This document shows, in pieces, positions 29,086 through 38,278 of a DNA stretch of 64,000 nucleotides. The notes beneath the pieces are model-generated. The model was not told the DNA's origin. It ran no database searches and saw nothing but the letters and a program-made list of their open reading frames with translations. Source of the stretch: an uncultured Bacteroidales bacterium (lineage in GTDB: Bacteria > Bacteroidota > Bacteroidia > Bacteroidales > VadinHA17); NCBI GenBank assembly GCA_963823065.1, contig CAWGJX010000004.1:1088139-1152138 (forward strand), given 5' to 3'. The translations under genes were made by a program, and so were the position numbers. Positions within the stretch are counted from its first letter, which is position 1, and the number at the start of each line of letters is the position of its first letter.

Positions 29086-31308
29086 TTAATCCACAAACGA
29101 TTTCAAAAATTTCAAAAAACCGGAAAAATCAGAAATATTATATTTAGCTGTCGATGGACTTAGTCCTACTCTGATAGAAATTGCTGTTTTTGGTAAGACC
29201 CTGAAAAGAGTTTCATCAGTCCTGTCATCTCCTGCAGCAAGTATAAAATCGAAGTCTTTGTTTTTCATTAGATTTATAGCAGCCTGGCCTTTGTCATATT
29301 TGCCGCTTTTAACCTCAAGAACTTTATTTCCTTCAAGGATTTCAAAATCAGTTTTATGACGGATTATTTCTGTAAGATCGTCACGAAGTTCATGAAGTCG
29401 CAATTGGGCAAAATCACTGTCTGCATTTCTGTAATGCCATGCTATGCTGCCTGTCTTTTCTTCAATAAATGTTCCGTTACAGCGGTTTACATATTCATTA
29501 AGAATAGGTAGTATGGATTTTTTCCATTCAGGACCTGTCTCTATTGTTGCCTCCCAACCTTTGCCGGGAAATTTTATAAAATATCCATGTTCAGCCACAA
29601 GAGTTACATTGATACCCAAAAATTCTTTTTCAAGAAATTCTTTGTTTCTGCCGCTTATGATGACTATTTGATTTTTCGGATCGATGGTTAATTTTTTAAT
29701 AATTTCAACAGTAAGAGTATCCAGAATTGTGAGTTCGGGGTATTTGGTAAATGAAACCAGAGTTCCGTCATAGTCAAGGAAAAGTATTCTGGATGACGCA
29801 TTGTGATAATCTGTAATAATCTTATTTGCAAGACAATCAGTGATTAATCTTATATTGGTTAAATCCTGCTGTTTTTTTATTTCATTTGTCTGATTAAAGA
29901 AATCAAAGGCCCAGGCATAGACATTATAGCTTGAAATCCGGTCTTGCATTCTTTGCAGACGGGCATGCTTTTCTGCAGGCTCCATCTCAAGGGCTTTAAA
30001 AATTGCATCTGCCATTTCATTATTGTCAGCCGGATTAATAATTAAGGCCTCATTTAACTCGGCAGCAGCCCCCGTCATTTCACTTAAAATCAAGACCCCT
30101 TCATTCTCAATCTGGCATGCAATGTATTCCTTTGCTACCAGATTCATTCCATCACGCAAAGGTGTTATCAAACCAACATCACTTAAATCATAAAGAGCTA
30201 CCATTTCATTAAATGATAAGGATTTATACTGGTAAATTATGGGTCGCCATCCTAAAGTGCTGTATTTTCCGTTTATGCGCCCCACTGTTGATTCTATTTC
30301 CTTCTTCATCTCCTTATATTTTTCCACGATGATTCGCGATGGAACAACAACCATATTAAAAATAACTTTGGAGTGCCATTTTGGATATTTTTCAAGAAAT
30401 GTTTCAAATCCTTTTAGTCTTAAAAGCAACCCTTTCGTATAGTCAAGTCTGTCGACAGAAAAAATAAGCTTTTGAGCAGAAAGATGATTCGTAATCCTTT
30501 GTTTCTCAACCAGGACTTTTTTACTAAGACATGCCTCACTAAATTTGTTATAATCTATTCCGATAGGAAAGGCGTCAGCTTTAACCAGTTTGTTATGCGT
30601 GTATATTATGTTATTTCGGCATTCGAACCCTGTAGTTCTTTTAACTGACTTTATAAAATGCTGTGCGTAATCGTGAGTATGAAATCCAATTAAGTCAGCA
30701 CCAAGTAATCCATTTATAATGGCCTCGCGCCAGTGGCGGGGCATTAACCTGAAAATTTCAAAGGAGGGGAAAGGAATATGCAGAAAAAATCCGATTGTTG
30801 TACCGGGTAATTTCTTCTGAATCATCTGTGGCAGAAGCATCAATTGATAATCGTGGACCCAGATAAAATCCCCGGGTTTAATTATTTTTACTAATTCTTC
30901 ACAAAATATAGCATTTGCTTCTTCATAAGCTTTAAAGAATTGATCATTAAATACACTGTAGGAAGGAAAATAGTGAAACAAGGGCCACACCAGGTCATTG
31001 CAAAAACCTCCGTAAAACATTTCGTTAAGGTGTTTTGATATATGAACAGGGAGAAGTTCAAAGTATTCGTTAGATATATTTTGAGGTGGTAGTTTATCAG
31101 GCAGATTATCAGCTATTCCGGCCCAGACTATGTTGGTGCTGATGCCTTGGTTGTTTGTCTTTCTGAAGTTTTCAGATAAAGCAAGGATTGCAGAAACAAG
31201 GCCTCCTGAATTTTGTGTAGCTTTAAATCCTTTTTTTGTTTCACTGAATTTAAAGGGTAAACGATAAGCGGCAATTACCAGCCTTTTGAAATGGGGTATA
31301 TTGACCAT
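29086..31308 (-). CDS. otsAB: bifunctional trehalose-6-phosphate synthase / trehalose-6-phosphate phosphatase (GT20-HAD fusion)
   Basis: Intact 740-aa ORF. The GT20 part has VHDYQLMLLP and RDGMNLVAKEY. The C-terminal HAD part has LFLDYDGTL and AGDDRTDE. Confidence 0.9.
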   Translation of the reverse strand: MVNIPHFKRLVIAAYRLPFKFSETKKGFKATQNSGGLVSAILALSENFRKTNNQGISTNIVWAGIADNLPDKLPPQNISNEYFELLPVHISKHLNEMFYGGFCNDLVWPLFHYFPSYSVFNDQFFKAYEEANAIFCEELVKIIKPGDFIWVHDYQLMLLPQMIQKKLPGTTIGFFLHIPFPSFEIFRLMPRHWREAIINGLLGADLIGFHTHDYAQHFIKSVKRTTGFECRNNIIYTHNKLVKADAFPIGIDYNKFSEACLSKKVLVEKQRITNHLSAQKLIFSVDRLDYTKGLLLRLKGFETFLEKYPKWHSKVIFNMVVVPSRIIVEKYKEMKKEIESTVGRINGKYSTLGWRPIIYQYKSLSFNEMVALYDLSDVGLITPLRDGMNLVAKEYIACQIENEGVLILSEMTGAAAELNEALIINPADNNEMADAIFKALEMEPAEKHARLQRMQDRISSYNVYAWAFDFFNQTNEIKKQQDLTNIRLITDCLANKIITDYHNASSRILFLDYDGTLVSFTKYPELTILDTLTVEIIKKLTIDPKNQIVIISGRNKEFLEKEFLGINVTLVAEHGYFIKFPGKGWEATIETGPEWKKSILPILNEYVNRCNGTFIEEKTGSIAWHYRNADSDFAQLRLHELRDDLTEIIRHKTDFEILEGNKVLEVKSGKYDKGQAAINLMKNKDFDFILAAGDDRTDETLFRVLPKTAISIRVGLSPSTAKYNISDFSGFLKFLKSFVD

Positions 31309-31493
31309 ATTTTAAGACTATATTTACATCGGATTTTGTTATCGTTAAAAATAACACTTATAAATTAGAACATCAGATTAATTTAGTTATTTTCAATTAA
31401 ATATATAAAAGTTTAACAATGAAGGTCTGTCTCATCACCTTTGCAATTATTTTTTTGTAACTCAGACTAATTAGTTATTAAAGTCATACAATT

Positions 31494-32546
31494 ATGAACC
31501 AATATTTGAGCACAGAAACTGCAAAACTTGCGGTGGAAACATTATCATTTCTTGCCTTACTTGTACTGCTTTTTTTCATTTACAGAATCATATTCAAAGT
31601 TATCAGGAAGAGAGTTTCCCGAACTCCGGGGAAGTTCGATAATTTTATTCTTGATCTTGTTAAAATACCTGCTTTATGGTTATTCTATTGGGTCCTTTTA
31701 AAAATATTTACTCATATCTTCTTAAAGAACCTGCCTTTTTTCCCCGCCCTCGTACACATCGATAATTTGTTACTGATTTTTTCAATTGCATGGATTTTAA
31801 TACAGGGTATGAAGGCAGGTGCTTATTATTTACAAAGCAGACTCGATATCGGAGCTACTAATAACCTGACTGCACGTAAAAGTCTTACTCAGATTAAGGT
31901 TTTTAAAGGTATTGCCAATTCGATTATTGTTATAGTTGCAATAGCTTCAGCTCTCTTGACTTTTGAACAGGCCAGAACAATCGGGTTAAGTTTATTGACC
32001 TCCGCTGGTATTGTTGGAATAATTGTTGGCTTCGCTGCTCAGAAAAGTCTGGGAATGATACTCGCTGGAATACAACTTGCTATTACTCAGCCTATACGGC
32101 TTGATGATGTTGTAATTGTTGAAGGCGAATGGGGAAGGATAGAAGAAATATCTCTGACGTATGTCGTTGTAAAAATATGGGACGAAAGACGTTTGGTGTT
32201 GCCGGTGACATGGTTTCTCGAAAAACCGTTTCAAAACTGGACACGAACAGGCTCTGAGATTATAGGAACAGTTTTCCTGTACGTCGACTATAGCTTCCCC
32301 GTTGAGAGCTTAAGAAAAATATTGCCTGAAATGTTGAATAATGATCCTGACTGGGATCATAGGTTGTGGAATGTACAGGTCACAAATTCAACTGAAAAAA
32401 ATAAAGAAATAAGAATTTTGTTAAGTGGTTCAGATGCTTCCAAAAATTGGGATTTAAGGGCTACTATCCGTGAAAAGCTTATAGAATTTATTAATCAGAA
32501 TTATCCCGATGCTTTTGTGAGAACCAGATTGACAAAAATGGAATGA
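31494..32546 (+). CDS. MscS-family mechanosensitive channel
   Basis: 350-aa ORF with TM segments followed by IRLDDVVIVEGEWGRIEEISLTYVVVKIWD. Confidence 0.85.
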   Translation: MNQYLSTETAKLAVETLSFLALLVLLFFIYRIIFKVIRKRVSRTPGKFDNFILDLVKIPALWLFYWVLLKIFTHIFLKNLPFFPALVHIDNLLLIFSIAWILIQGMKAGAYYLQSRLDIGATNNLTARKSLTQIKVFKGIANSIIVIVAIASALLTFEQARTIGLSLLTSAGIVGIIVGFAAQKSLGMILAGIQLAITQPIRLDDVVIVEGEWGRIEEISLTYVVVKIWDERRLVLPVTWFLEKPFQNWTRTGSEIIGTVFLYVDYSFPVESLRKILPEMLNNDPDWDHRLWNVQVTNSTEKNKEIRILLSGSDASKNWDLRATIREKLIEFINQNYPDAFVRTRLTKME

Positions 32547-32570
32547 TTATTAAGGATTTATTTTCGCCGT

Positions 32571-33924
32571 TTAAATTTGCTTCTTAAATGTTATTTCGAA
32601 TCTGGTCCCTTCATTCTCAGCACTATATACTTCTAGTTTGCTTCCATGAAGCTCTATGATTTTGCTTACAAGAGAAAGACCGATTCCATACCCGGCTTTA
32701 AATCTGACATTCGAAGCCCTTTTAAATGGCAGATAAATGCTTTCCAATTCATCTGAAGGTATGCCTATTCCATTGTCGGATATGATGATCTTAATTTCTG
32801 TCTTCAATATTAAAAACTTGATTATCACATCATCATTTGAAAATTTACAGGCATTGTCGATTAAATTATTAAATGCTATTGTTAATAACCCTGAATTCCC
32901 TTTGATTAACAGATTATTTTCATTCTCAGGATACTGAATTTTTGGAATAATCCTGCGATTCTTATAACTGTTTTTAACATTGAGTATTGCATTATATACT
33001 ATTTCATCTATCCTGACAATTGTCAGTTAGAATAGTGTTTTGACCATTTATCTGTGCCAGTTCCAATAAACTATTCAATAATGTATTAAGTTTCTTAAGG
33101 TCGTTCATTAAGCCTGAAATATGTTTGATATAGGCTTCATTTGTTTGTTCACGACTTAATAAATAGTCGCTTTCCCCAATCATTACAGTCAGAGGAGTCC
33201 GTAATTCATGCGAGGCATTCGAGACAAAATCTTCCTGATTTTTAAATGCAATTTCAAGATTGCTCAGTAATTCATTAAATGTTATTGCCAACTGGTCTAT
33301 TTCATCCTTCCGGTTACCTTCGTTCAACCTGTTTCCAAGCCTGAGTGAATTGATATCCTTCACACTTCTTATTATCTGTGAGATGGGCTGAATGGCCTTT
33401 TTAGAGAAAAAATATGACAGAAGCACCGATAACCAAACACTGAAAAGTATGCTCCAGAGAAGAATTCCGCGGAGTTCTGATAGATTTTCACGACGGGTAT
33501 TGTCGAAAGCCATTACGAACACATAATATGTCTTGTTTTTATATGTATGCCGGTAGCGAACCCCATCTTTTTCTGCTATTGAGAAGAAATTTATAACTGT
33601 ACTTTTTGTATACTGTCGCATTACCCTGTCAGTAAGATACTGGATATTATTTCCATACACTAGTCTATACGCTGAATCGGTTAATGCAATCTCTTCCTTT
33701 TTCCAGGAAATCGTTGATTGATGGATTTTTTTTAATAATGACGAATCGACTTCAGCAACATTGATCAATAAAATAGCGGTGTTCTTCGCACCGTCATAAA
33801 GATCTTCCCTGAATTTGGCCCGTTGACTTGAATAGGAAAAGTAATAGACCAGTATTGAAAAAAACAATAAAATTACGGCAACAATAAGCGTGAATTGTAA
33901 TGATAATCTTGTTTTTATATTCAT
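32571..33924 (-). pseudogene. sensor histidine kinase (TM-HAMP-HisKA-HATPase), one frameshift near 33010-33030
   Basis: ORF 33004..33924 carries the H-box SHELRTPLT. The HATPase region (NLIDNACKFS...DNGIGIP...GYGIGLSLV) is open in another frame from about 33025 down to 32571. Total of 1354 nt. Confidence 0.85.
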
Positions 33925-33926
33925 CG

Positions 33927-34616
33927 TCAGATTTCTTTCTCACTGCAGTAAAATCCAAACCCGAACTTTGTATGTATTAATTTGGGTTGAAAATCTTTAT
34001 CGATTTTCTTTCTCAGATAGTTGACATAAACATCAATTATATTCGTGTTTGGATCAAAGTCGATACCCCATACCTGTTCAATTATATAATCACGGGTAAG
34101 AAGCTTTTCTTTATTCTTTATGAATGTCTCCAGCAATGTATATTCTTTTGCAGTTAAATCAATTTTTTTATTTGCCCTTGTAACAGATTTGGTATTTAAA
34201 TCCATTACGAGATCGGCAATTCTGAATTTTACATTCAGATCATTTTTCTGTGATCGTTTAAGAAATACATTAACGCGTGCTAATAATTCTCTGAAATCGA
34301 AAGGTTTTAAAACGTAATCGTCAGCCCCGGCATCAAATCCTTCTATTTTGTTATCGGGAGTTCCAAGAGCTGTCAGCATAATAATAGGTATTTTGCTGTT
34401 GGTCTTTCTTATTTCTTTGCATAAGTCATATCCATTAATAAGCGGCAGATTAATATCCAGTATGATGAGATTATACGATTTATTTTCAACTGACTGTTTT
34501 CCAATATATCCATCAGGAGCAATTTCAGCTCTGAATCCTGATTCTTCTAATTGTTTTTTCAGAATTTCAGCCAGCCGTTGTTCATCTTCGACTATCAGTA
34601 TATTGATATCATCCAT
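33927..34616 (-). CDS. OmpR/PhoB-family response regulator
   Basis: 229-aa ORF. The receiver domain has ILIVEDE, ILDINLP and KPF. A C-terminal winged-helix region (LTAKEYTLLETF, VYVNYLRKKI) follows. Confidence 0.92.
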   Translation of the reverse strand: MDDINILIVEDEQRLAEILKKQLEESGFRAEIAPDGYIGKQSVENKSYNLIILDINLPLINGYDLCKEIRKTNSKIPIIMLTALGTPDNKIEGFDAGADDYVLKPFDFRELLARVNVFLKRSQKNDLNVKFRIADLVMDLNTKSVTRANKKIDLTAKEYTLLETFIKNKEKLLTRDYIIEQVWGIDFDPNTNIIDVYVNYLRKKIDKDFQPKLIHTKFGFGFYCSEKEI

Positions 34617-34774
34617 AATGGTTCGCTTATTTGCACAAAGTTAGAATACAAAAGAAAATAATCTTTTTTTATAATGAGTTTCTTAATAAATTCTAATGAT
34701 ATTCTAATCAACGAACACAATGAACATAGTTAGATTTGTCCAGGCCACAATTGTAGAACAGCTATTGAAGCAAA

Positions 34775-34873
34775 ATGAAAAAAATAAATCTTTCAGGTGA
34801 TGCAGTATTTTATCTGGTTATTCTTGTTGGATTTGCAATTCTGGCTATTTTAAAAATATTCGTTATTAAATAA
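34775..34873 (+). CDS. possible 32-aa hydrophobic leader peptide upstream of nhaD
   Basis: My translation is MKKINLSGDAVFYLVILVGFAILAILKIFVIK. It is followed by a hairpin at 34949-34983. There is no homology evidence. Confidence 0.25.
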   Translation: MKKINLSGDAVFYLVILVGFAILAILKIFVIK

Positions 34874-34948
34874 CCAAGAGACAATAATGAATTTTTTGAA
34901 ACCATGAGCTAGACCTTTATTTAATTAATACTTTGTTTATTACCAGAT

Positions 34949-34983
34949 AGCAGTTGTCTTTGGAATCTAACCCGACAACTGCT
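34949..34983 (+). terminator. hairpin with a T-rich tail between the small ORF and nhaD (terminator or attenuator candidate)
   Basis: agcagttgtc (34949-34958) pairs perfectly with gacaactgct (34974-34983). The loop is 15 nt and the hairpin is followed by ttctatttatattt. Confidence 0.5.
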
Positions 34984-35103
34984 TTCTATTTATATTTATA
35001 CATGCTTTGTTGTGAATTGTAGACTGTTCATCTTCAGAAGTTGTTATTTTTATCAGTTGATAATTCATTGTAATTCAAGAGATAGATTGATAACAAATTT
35101 GCC

Positions 35104-36384
35104 ATGGTAACAATATTGATAATAGTATTTATAATTGGGTATGCCTTTATTGCCCTGGAGCATTCAATCAGTATAAATAAGGCAGCATCTGCTTTAATTA
35201 CCGGGGTGATATGCTGGGTGATCTATATCGCTTTTAAGGGTGATCAACAAATTGTGAATGAGCAATTGACTCAGCACCTTGGCGAACTCTCAGGTGTATT
35301 ATTTTTCCTGTTATGTGCAATGACAATTGTAGAACTTATTGACTCACATGATGGTTTCGACCTTATCACTGAAAAAATAAATCAGACTAACAAGAAAAAA
35401 CTGGTCTGGATCATCGGATTTATCACCTTCTTTCTGTCAGCCATTCTTGATAATCTTACGACAACAATTGTTATTATTTCATTGCTGCGAAAATTAGTCA
35501 AAGATGATAATGACAGATTATTTTTTGTCGGAACTGTTGTTATTGCAGCAAATGCAGGAGGGGCTTGGTCGCCAATTGGCGATGTTACAACGACTATGCT
35601 ATGGATTGGCGGACAGATAACCGCATTTAACATTGTGATTAGACTTATATTACCAAGCCTGTTCTGCCTGGTTATTCCACTTATATTTATTTCCTTAAAA
35701 ATGAAAGGGAATGTTGAGCGAAGCAAGAACATTAAAAATGACCAGACAAAGTTACTGCCAAAGAATGAACAAAAAATAATATTATACTCAGGTGTTTTAG
35801 TGCTGATTTTTGTTCCTGTATTTAAAACTCTCACAAATTTACCTCCATATATGGGAATATTGTTAGGTCTTGGTATTCTCTGGATAATTACCGAAAAACT
35901 GCATAGCTCAAAAGACGAGATTGACAGACGTAATTTATCACTTGTCCACGCACTCAGGAAAATTGATACTTCAACAATCCTGTTTTTTCTTGGCATTTTG
36001 ATTGCAATATCTGCCTTACAATCATCTGGTATCTTAACTTCTCTTGCAAGGTATATGGCGGCAAAGATTGGTAATGAGAGTGTTATCGTAATCTTTATTG
36101 GATTGGCTTCATCCGTTATTGATAATGTGCCATTAGTTGCAGCAGCCCAGGGAATGTATAGTTTAACACAGTATCCCCCCGACCACTTTTTCTGGGAATT
36201 CCTGGCTTATTGCGCGGGAACCGGGGGAAGTGCCTTAATAATTGGTTCAGCAGCCGGTGTTGCAGCAATGGGGATGGAAAAAATCAATTTTTTCTGGTAT
36301 ATACGCAAAATAAGCTGGCTCGCCCTGATCGGATTCTTTTCAGGTGCAGCTATTTATATTCTGCAGGATATAATAATGCACTGA
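35104..36384 (+). CDS. nhaD: NhaD-family Na+/H+ antiporter (ArsB/NhaD permease superfamily)
   Basis: 426-aa polytopic ORF with FFLSAILDNLTTTIV and SSVIDNVPLVAAAQGMY, typical of NhaD. Confidence 0.85.
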   Translation: MVTILIIVFIIGYAFIALEHSISINKAASALITGVICWVIYIAFKGDQQIVNEQLTQHLGELSGVLFFLLCAMTIVELIDSHDGFDLITEKINQTNKKKLVWIIGFITFFLSAILDNLTTTIVIISLLRKLVKDDNDRLFFVGTVVIAANAGGAWSPIGDVTTTMLWIGGQITAFNIVIRLILPSLFCLVIPLIFISLKMKGNVERSKNIKNDQTKLLPKNEQKIILYSGVLVLIFVPVFKTLTNLPPYMGILLGLGILWIITEKLHSSKDEIDRRNLSLVHALRKIDTSTILFFLGILIAISALQSSGILTSLARYMAAKIGNESVIVIFIGLASSVIDNVPLVAAAQGMYSLTQYPPDHFFWEFLAYCAGTGGSALIIGSAAGVAAMGMEKINFFWYIRKISWLALIGFFSGAAIYILQDIIMH

Positions 36385-36462
36385 AGCCGGAATTAATTGA
36401 GTCAGATCAAGCAGTCTTTCGGCGTGTGAGGGCTACCAGTTTCTCCTGTGCAGTAGTTTTTA

Positions 36463-37605
36463 TTAATTAATTCCTAATTTATTGCCTATTATTTCAACAA
36501 AACGCTTTGCAACAACACGGTAGTCAAAGTTTTTCACAACCCTTTCCCTGGCAGCTTTGCCCATTTTTTCACGTAATGCTGCATCCTTCATAAGAAGCAT
36601 TAAATACTTTCCGATATCATGCACATCGGCACGATAGTCTACTACCCGCGGTTCTTTAAACTCTATGCTATGGTGATTTTCAAATCCCGATTCATCACCG
36701 AGGATAACATGATCGACAACTATTTTCTGTGCTACTTTGGCGAGGAAAGCCGTTTCTCCATGTACGAGAGTATCAAGCATTCCCATTGCCTTAATACCGA
36801 TCACCGGTTTTCCGCAAGCTCCGGCTTCCACCTGAGGCATACCAAATCCTTCCAGCCGGGATGGGGCTGCATATATATCGCAGGCTCCTATAAGGTATGG
36901 CATAAATTTCCTTGAAATAATATTGGTAGCATAGGTGACATTCTTTTCTATCCCAAGATGTTCGGCCATATTGAGGTCGGCAATGTTTTGCTTTTGCGTC
37001 CGGGGCTGGGGCCACACTTTGCATATATATTTCCAGTCAGGAGCTTTTGTATCTATGATCGCCAGTGCCTGCATTACTTCCTGTGCACCTTTTGAAGCAG
37101 CATCTCCACCTACTGTGAGAATCATTATCTGATCGGGTGAAATGCCAAGCGATTCACGCACAGCTAAAATCTTGGGATCATCCTTACTGTGAGGAATAAA
37201 GGAACTGGTATCGCACCCTACTGGCAACACTTCAATTTAGTCGCCGTTAATACCGTCGCGTATATACATCTCCTTTACCCAATTAGAAGTCACCAGGATA
37301 AGCGGGAGGGCATTTAGAACCTCCTGGTAGTTTGCAATATACCCGTCTGCTACCAGCCACGGTACAGGCTGAACACCATAACGTTGCGGGTGCAGTACCA
37401 GTTGAGGAGTATGCCCCCAGTAACCTACACCGACGACCACATCTGGCTCAAACCATCTATAGTACCATTCCTTTTCCTGTGCTGATTCGAAATGCACAGC
37501 ATGTGCATCAACACCCATTTCAAGAAGCCCTTTGTAGAGAAGATCTCCCTGTGTCGCCAATCCTCCGGGTGATGGAGGATAATCATATAATAACAAAACT
37601 TTCAT
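36463..37605 (-). pseudogene. glycosyltransferase family 4 interrupted by a single in-frame TAA
   Basis: ORFs 37237..37605 and 36463..37230 are in the same frame. Read through, the sequence is ...IRDGINGD*IEVLPVGCDTSSFIP. The E-x7-E region is EGFGMPQVEAGACGKPV. The whole gene is 381 codons. Confidence 0.8.
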
Positions 37606-37618
37606 AATGCAATAATTT

Positions 37619-38278
37619 TCAAATTTTCAAATTCATGAGTTTATAAAGCCATTCTTTAGCTGTAACACGATCGTTAAATTTCCAGAATGATTCTGCTCTG
37701 GGTGTTGTTTCGGCTTCGAAGCCATTCTTTTCAAATCCGTAGGTTTCAGTGATTATCCGGTATTTTCGCAGCCATATCCGTTTCGTGAGTGTACGGTAAT
37801 GAGTTGCATTTTCCATAGCTACCGGATAGTGTTTTTTATTGTCGTCAGTGTAGGCAAAGGCCCATAATTCACTTGCCGAAATTTTGCCGGCATCCCAGAG
37901 TTTTATTACTGCTTGACCTGTTTCTTCATGCCTGCGATGCCTTGTATATTCTCCCGATGGACTATGAGTAATTACGAGGTCGAAATGTTTCGCAGGCAAT
38001 AAGTTAAGAATAACCTGTCCGATCTCATTTTCCTCAAGGGGTTTTTGTTCAGGGCCATCATCGAGGTCTCCCATGATACCTTCGGCTTTAAGAATTTTTA
38101 ATGCATTATAAAACCTTGCAGAACGGTCAATGTCGCTTCTCCTGCACAGACAGACAATAAAGCATTTCCATAACGGATGACTGAGTATTGTTCCACCGGT
38201 CCATAATGTTTCATCATCGGGATGTGCAACAATTACAGCAACAGTTTTTGAGTTGTTATCTGGAGTTCTTAAGTTCAT
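37619..38278 (-). CDS. LmbE/PIG-L-family N-acetylglucosaminyl deacetylase
   Basis: 219-aa ORF with the family signature VAVIVAHPDDETLWTGG and a downstream HRRH (HxxH) metal-ligand region. Confidence 0.85.
   Translation of the reverse strand: MNLRTPDNNSKTVAVIVAHPDDETLWTGGTILSHPLWKCFIVCLCRRSDIDRSARFYNALKILKAEGIMGDLDDGPEQKPLEENEIGQVILNLLPAKHFDLVITHSPSGEYTRHRRHEETGQAVIKLWDAGKISASELWAFAYTDDNKKHYPVAMENATHYRTLTKRIWLRKYRIITETYGFEKNGFEAETTPRAESFWKFNDRVTAKEWLYKLMNLKI

Noticed and set aside
35382-35996. Long antisense ORFs inside confident genes (35382..35996, 42393..42869, 19254..19718, 24158..24595, 3282..3665, 1874..2401, and the many ORFs at 56169-57912)
   Set aside because: All lie opposite or overlapping ORFs with strong family motifs and have compositionally odd translations. 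The cluster inside the GH15 gene is the expected by-product of higher G+C, which gives fewer stops.
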